Notes under the pieces: model-generated
The model's input: the letters and a program-made list of their open reading frames with translations, nothing else
What the model was told of the DNA's origin: nothing
Database searches by the model: none
Made by a program: the position numbers and the translations under genes
Assembly: GCA_001600695.1 (NCBI GenBank)
Contig: BCKQ01000004.1
Location: forward strand, 951,489-1,015,488
Origin: Ascoidea asiatica JCM 7603
Taxonomy: Eukaryota; Fungi; Ascomycota
Length of the DNA: 64,000 nt
Direction: 5' to 3'
Shown here: positions 58,401 through 64,000 of the stretch, one piece after another
How the letters are laid out: every line of letters starts with the position of its first letter
How positions within the stretch are numbered: position 1 is the first letter of the stretch

Positions 58401-58419
58401 CTCATACAAATAATATATA

Positions 58420-59769
58420 ATGAACTTATCTTTATTAGATCCATTTGCAGTTGCAAAAGAATATCCAGAAAATTTAACATCAACATTACAATTTGGTAAT
58501 TCAATTTTTTTAAAATTTAATTATAATGGAAATTATTTAGCTTCTGGTTTAAATGATGGTCAAATAATTATATTTGATTTAGATACTTTAAAACCAATTT
58601 TAAATTTAAAAAAACATACTAAATTAATTCAATCAATTAATTGGTCTAAAAATAATAATTTTATTTTATCTTCTTCAATTGATAATAATTTAATACTTTG
58701 GAATTTAAATTTAAATTCAATTTTAAGATCTATAATTATAGATTCTTTCATTTGGGAATCTCAATTAAGTTCAATAAATCATTTTCATTTAATTGTTTCT
58801 AGTTTTGAAAATGATCCTTTATTTATAGATATTTCAAATAATTTAAATTTTAAAAAAATTAAATTTAATACTTTACCTTTATTATCTAATAATAATAATA
58901 ATTCAAGTAGTATATCTAATGAAAATAATAAACATTATACAATTGCTTTAACTTTTGCTTTTGATTCAAATATTATATTCTCTGGTACTTCAAAAGGTTA
59001 TTTAAATGTATTTCATATAATATATGATAATAATAATAAAAATCAAGTAAAAGAAATTAAACAAATATTTTCTCAAAAAATTACAAATTCAAATATTAAA
59101 AAAATTATAATTTCTTCAAATAATCAAAAATTATTTATAAATTCTTCTGATAGAATTTTAAGACAAATTAATTTAAATTATAAAAATAATTTAAAATTTT
59201 TTTTAAATGATTTAAATTTAATAAATTTTAAATTTATTATCATTCATAAATTTCAAGATATGGTAAATAAATTACAATGGAATTCAATTTCAATAAATTT
59301 TAATGGTGATTATTTAATTGCAACAACTCTTGGTTCAAATCATCATATATTCTTATGGGAAACTTTTAATGGTTCATTAATTAAAATCCTTGAAGGTCCA
59401 AAAGAAGAATTAAATATTGTTGATTTTAATTCTCTTAAAAATTTAGTTATTGCAAATGGTACAGATTCTGGTGTAATTTATATTTGGTCAATTTTAATAC
59501 CACAAAAATGGTCATCATTAGCACCAGATTTTATAGAAATTGATGAAAATATAATTTATGATGAAAAAGAAAATGAATTTGATATAATTCCAAATGAAGA
59601 ATTTCTTTTAAAAAGAGAAAATGATGAAGATGAATTTATTGATATTATTAATAAAGAAATTTATAATCCAAGAGGTTTCAAAAATGATACATATAATTCT
59701 TCATTTATAATTCCAATAAATTATGAAAAATCAATTAATCCTCCAAACTTTGATGATGATGATTCATAA
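58420..59769 (+). CDS. SWD1: COMPASS/Set1C WD40 subunit (RBBP5 homologue)
   Basis: MNLSLLDPFAVAKEYPE, KFQDMVNKLQW, GSLIKILEGPKEEL and QKWSSLAPDFIEIDENIIYDEKENEFD. Confidence 0.94.
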   Translation: MNLSLLDPFAVAKEYPENLTSTLQFGNSIFLKFNYNGNYLASGLNDGQIIIFDLDTLKPILNLKKHTKLIQSINWSKNNNFILSSSIDNNLILWNLNLNSILRSIIIDSFIWESQLSSINHFHLIVSSFENDPLFIDISNNLNFKKIKFNTLPLLSNNNNNSSSISNENNKHYTIALTFAFDSNIIFSGTSKGYLNVFHIIYDNNNKNQVKEIKQIFSQKITNSNIKKIIISSNNQKLFINSSDRILRQINLNYKNNLKFFLNDLNLINFKFIIIHKFQDMVNKLQWNSISINFNGDYLIATTLGSNHHIFLWETFNGSLIKILEGPKEELNIVDFNSLKNLVIANGTDSGVIYIWSILIPQKWSSLAPDFIEIDENIIYDEKENEFDIIPNEEFLLKRENDEDEFIDIINKEIYNPRGFKNDTYNSSFIIPINYEKSINPPNFDDDDS

Positions 59770-59963
59770 TTGTATTCTTCATTCTTTCATTCTTTCATTC
59801 TGCAATTCACTCACCATTTACTCAAACCATTTACTCAAATCATTTACTCAAACCATTTACTTTGTATAATATAATCTAATATAATAATATAACATAAATA
59901 TAACTTAAATATAATATAATACTTTAATAATCAATCAATAAATAAACAAATACTGCAAAGTGG

Positions 59964-59980
59964 CCACGTGTCCGGGTAAC
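59964..59980. promoter_or_regulatory. CACGTG (bHLH, Cbf1/Pho4-type) and CCGGGTAA (Reb1-like) sites upstream of SGM1
   Basis: ccacgtgtccgggtaac. Confidence 0.4.
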
Positions 59981-60247
59981 AGAACTGGCCTTATCTTAAG
60001 CCTTTGGCGGTTCTGTTTTTATTCCCACATACAAACACATCAACAATTTCAAAACAAATATCAATTTAAAGCTTTATTGAAATGAAGAGAAGAGAAGTGA
60101 AATGAAATGAAATGAATTGAGATTATTATCAAACTAAATAAAAGGAACTTGAATCAAAAACTAAAAGATATTTTTAATGATTGATTGATTAATTTATTGA
60201 TTGATTGTTCAAGTTTTCAGGAATTGAGGAAAAAAATAAAATCAAAA

Positions 60248-60298
60248 ATGTCAAATTTAAATGAAGAAAACTCAATAATTCAAAAAGATTTGGATAAC

Positions 60299-60333
<35 letters not shown>

Positions 60334-62111
60334 TAATAACAAAAGTAATTTGGTTTCTTCAAAAATTAATCAATTTGAAAAAATGACTGAAATATCTTTT
60401 AATGAAAATGATAAATTATTGAAAATAAACTCAAAAGATTCAAAGGAATCAAAAGATTCTTCTGAAACTATTGATAATACTCTCAATATTACAATTCAAC
60501 AAAATTCAATTGAGAAATTAAATACCGAAACAATATCCAATGAACAAAATGAACAAAATGAACAAAATGATAAAATAAATATAAATTCAAATAATAATGA
60601 AGATAATTATAATAATATTGAAACTAATAATGTTTCTGAAAATATTCTGTCAAAAATAAATTCAAATAATTCAATTAATGAATCTATAATTAATTCTAAA
60701 GATAATTTAAATAATATAAATTCATCTCAATTATCTAAATCTCCAATAATAAATAATAATGATTTAATAAATGAAAATCAAATTATTGAAAAATCTTTAT
60801 CTCCTTCAAAACCAATTAAAAAAAAATTATCAATGCAAGAAAGATTAGCATTAGCTGTTAATAAAAATAATAATAAAAAATTAAAATCAAAAAATAAAAA
60901 ATTAAAGAAAAAAAAAAATTCAAATTTACAAAATCAATTAATTAATAATTTATCTCAAAATATTGATAATATAAAAAATAATATTAATGATGACAAAAAT
61001 GATATTGAAAATGATTTATATTCTCCAAGATCTTCAATTTCTTCTTCAATTTATAGAAATTTATCAAGTGCTGATTTATTAGAATCTGATTCAAGAAAAT
61101 CTTCTATAGATATAAGTAGAGATAGATTTGATGATTATAATGATAATGATAATGATAAAGATAATGAAAATGATAATGATAATGATAATAAAAATATTAA
61201 GGAAAATGATCTGACAATAATTATATCTAATACATCTTCACAAGATTTTGAAATTGAATCAAATTCAGAATTAAATTCATCTCAATTTTTAAATAATGAA
61301 AACAATATCTCAAATATTCAATTACAATCAATAATAAATAATTTAAAAAATGAAATTTTATCTTTAAATGAAAAAAATGATTCACTTTCAAAAAAATTAT
61401 TAATATTATCATCTTCATCTTTATCTTCATCACAAGATTTAAATTCAATTTCAAATAATAATTTTATTGATAAAAAATTAAAAGAAAAAGATAAACAGAT
61501 TAATGAATTATTATCTGAAGGTCAAAAATTAACAATAAAAGAATTAAAATTAAATACAATTATAAAAAATTTAAGAAATAAAGAAGATGAATTTAATTCT
61601 ATAATAAATGAATTAAATTTAAAAATTTTTGAAAAAGATAAAAAAATTGAGGAATTTAATTTAAAATTTGAAAATTTTCAAAATAATGAAAAAAAATTAA
61701 AATCAGATATTGAATTTTTAAAAAAAATTGAAGAAAAATTTAATTATCTTGAAATTAATTATAATGAATTAAATTCAAGATTTACAGAATTAAAATCAAA
61801 AAATTTAGAAATTAAATTAAATAATGAAATTAAAATTAATAAATCAAATTATAAAAAAATTGAAAATTTAGATAAAATTATTAATGATTTAAATATTGAA
61901 AAACAAGTTTTAAATAATAGTTTTAAAAATGAAATAAATTCATTAAATAATGAAAATGAAAAATTAAGATTTAAATTAAAAACTGTAGAAGAAGAAAATA
62001 TAAATGAAATTACAAGATTAGAAAGTAAAATTGAAGAATTAAGAATTTTAAATGAAAATAATAATGATGAAAGTAAAAATAATGAAAATGGAAATAATTA
62101 TAATAATGATG

Positions 62112-62148
<37 letters not shown>

Positions 62149-63265
62149 TAAAAGTAAGGTGAATGGAATAAATTCAAATTATAATGAATTAAATAATAAA
62201 TATAATAAATTATTAAAAAATTTTGAATTAATAAGTAATCAATATAATGCAAGTAATGAAAATTTTTCAAGAATTGAAATTTCATTATCAAATAAACTTA
62301 ATAAATTTCAAGAAGAAATTAATAATAAAAATTTAATGAATTTAAAAAATTCTCAAATGATTAAAAAATTAAATGAAGAATTAAATTCAATAAAAATTAT
62401 AAATAATAAAAAAATGAATGAAAATGTTGAAAATTTAAAAGAAATTAATAAATTGAAAGAAAATTTAAAATTAAAAGAAGATGAAAATAAAATTTATGAA
62501 ATTAAATTGAAAGAATTAATTAGTAAAATAAATAGTAATGAAAGAATGAAATCTTTAGAAAATGAAAATGAAAATTTAAAAGAAAAATTAAATAAATTAG
62601 AAAAAAGTATAAATATTTCAAATTCATATCCTGTACCACCAATGATTCAACCAATTGGTAGACAATTTTCAAATTCAAGTTTCAATACGTATCATAATGA
62701 TTCATCATTTATGTCAAGTAGGAAAGGATCGTTTTCATTTAATGGAACTTTAGAAGAAAATGGAATTAATGGAACAAATGGAATAACTGGAATTCAAGAA
62801 GAAATAGATGATAATGATGATAGAGATACAATTAATGAACTTGGTGATAGTGCAAGTATATATGGTGGTGTAGTTACACCAACTCATAGTAATTTTAACT
62901 TTGGAGGTCCTGATAGAAGATCAAGTAGTAATTTAGCAGGACCAAGTAGTAGTAATATTCAATTAATTTCTAAATTAACAAATCAAATAAGGTCTTTAAA
63001 GACAGAATTATTAAATTCTAAAGAAGAATTAAATAAAACTAACAAAGAAAAAACAGAAGCTGGAAAAGAAATCTTAAGATTAATGAAAGATAATGAAGTT
63101 GTAAAAGATTTAAACTTAAATATGAAAGAATTAAATAAAAAATATCTTAGGACATTGGAAATTTTAGGTGAAAAAAGTGAGGAAGTGGACGAATTAAAAG
63201 CTGATATCTTAGATCTAAAGGAAATCATCAAAGAAACAACTTTGCTATATAGTCAAAGTAAATAA
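60248..63265 (+). CDS. SGM1: Golgin, TMF1/Sgm1 family coiled-coil protein
   Basis: KKLSMQERLALA; KEKDKQINELLSEGQKLTIKELKLNTIIKNLR (TMF_DNA_bd-like); IQLISKLTNQIRSL..TLEILGEKSEEVDELKADILDLK (TMF_TATA_bd-like). First ATG at 60248. Confidence 0.88.
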
Positions 63266-64000
63266 TTCAATAAATATTTTGCCATTTTTGCATAATCAGA
63301 ATAAATCAAATTGTCTTAAATGATTATTTTACACTTAAATCTTTCGCTGGATTTTCTTTAAACTTTTTACCGTCCCCGTTCCGCCCGCGGGACCCAAAAA
63401 CTTAAAGCTTTTAACATCAGTGCCAGTTAAATGAGAAATAAACACAAAATAAACATTACTTTAAGAATAGTAATCATTTTGAATGAAATATAAATCTTCT
63501 TAGATATTCTAATGTTTCAATGGTTCTGTAAGATGTTTATAGATAGCTGATGGTTTGATGGCTGATGTTGCTCAAGCAATACTTCTTCCTAGAACTCATT
63601 TGTTAATACTTGGATTTCAATCCATTAGAAATCCTACAAAAGAAAATATTTTTGTGAAAAAAAAAGAAATATATTGAAAAGGAACTAACTAGGAATATCT
63701 TAATGATAAAGATATAACAAGGAAGTATAAAGAAAGAAGAAGGAAGAAAGGCAAAGGTAGAAGGTTGAAATAAGTAATAAGAAGATAAAAAAGAGAAAAG
63801 AAAAAGAAGATATAAGATACTAAGAAATATACTAAAAATTGAAGAAAAATACTAAACTAAATAGGAAAGATACTAGTCTTAAAGGTATAAGCTATACCAA
63901 GCTAGACTAATCCAAACTAAAGTAAACTAAAAGTAGATAAGGAAATGAAGGATTTCCATGAATCTTGAATGAACTATACTAATGTTATAAATAAATTGAT

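Noticed and set aside
63360-64000. Small GC island and a 20-codon minus-strand ORF near the window end
   Set aside because: Too short to call, and the context is truncated by the window edge.

Overview
A very AT-rich, nearly intron-free eukaryotic window that looks like a budding yeast (Saccharomycotina). It holds about 23 protein-coding genes, with short CG-rich promoter islands in the larger intergenic gaps. Recognisable genes: DHA1 MFS transporter (partial), CDC5, FAD1, two tandem LAC1/LAG1 ceramide synthases, ATG17, TOP3, TFB6, SSL2, an MCH-type MFS transporter, DOP1, a T5orf172/MUG113 protein, MRX11, TRM8, URA4, an FCR1-like Zn2Cys6 factor, SWD1 and SGM1. I could not support any tRNA, rRNA, CRISPR array or intact transposon. 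The most unusual observations are: (1) a 1468-aa protein with three tandem APSES/KilA-N DNA-binding domains, divergent from CDC5 and next to a dense cluster of ACGC/GCGT motifs; (2) TFB6 placed head-to-head with SSL2, whose product it binds in S. cerevisiae; (3) three promethin/LDAF1/Ldo-like hairpin proteins, one of them a 3-exon gene that the ORF track splits; (4) a Upf1/Ecm32-like helicase with degenerate ATPase motifs and an N/Y-rich prion-like domain; (5) a Utp5-like protein with no WD40 propellers but a ribosome-biogenesis promoter. All family calls come from motif recognition by eye; no searches were run.
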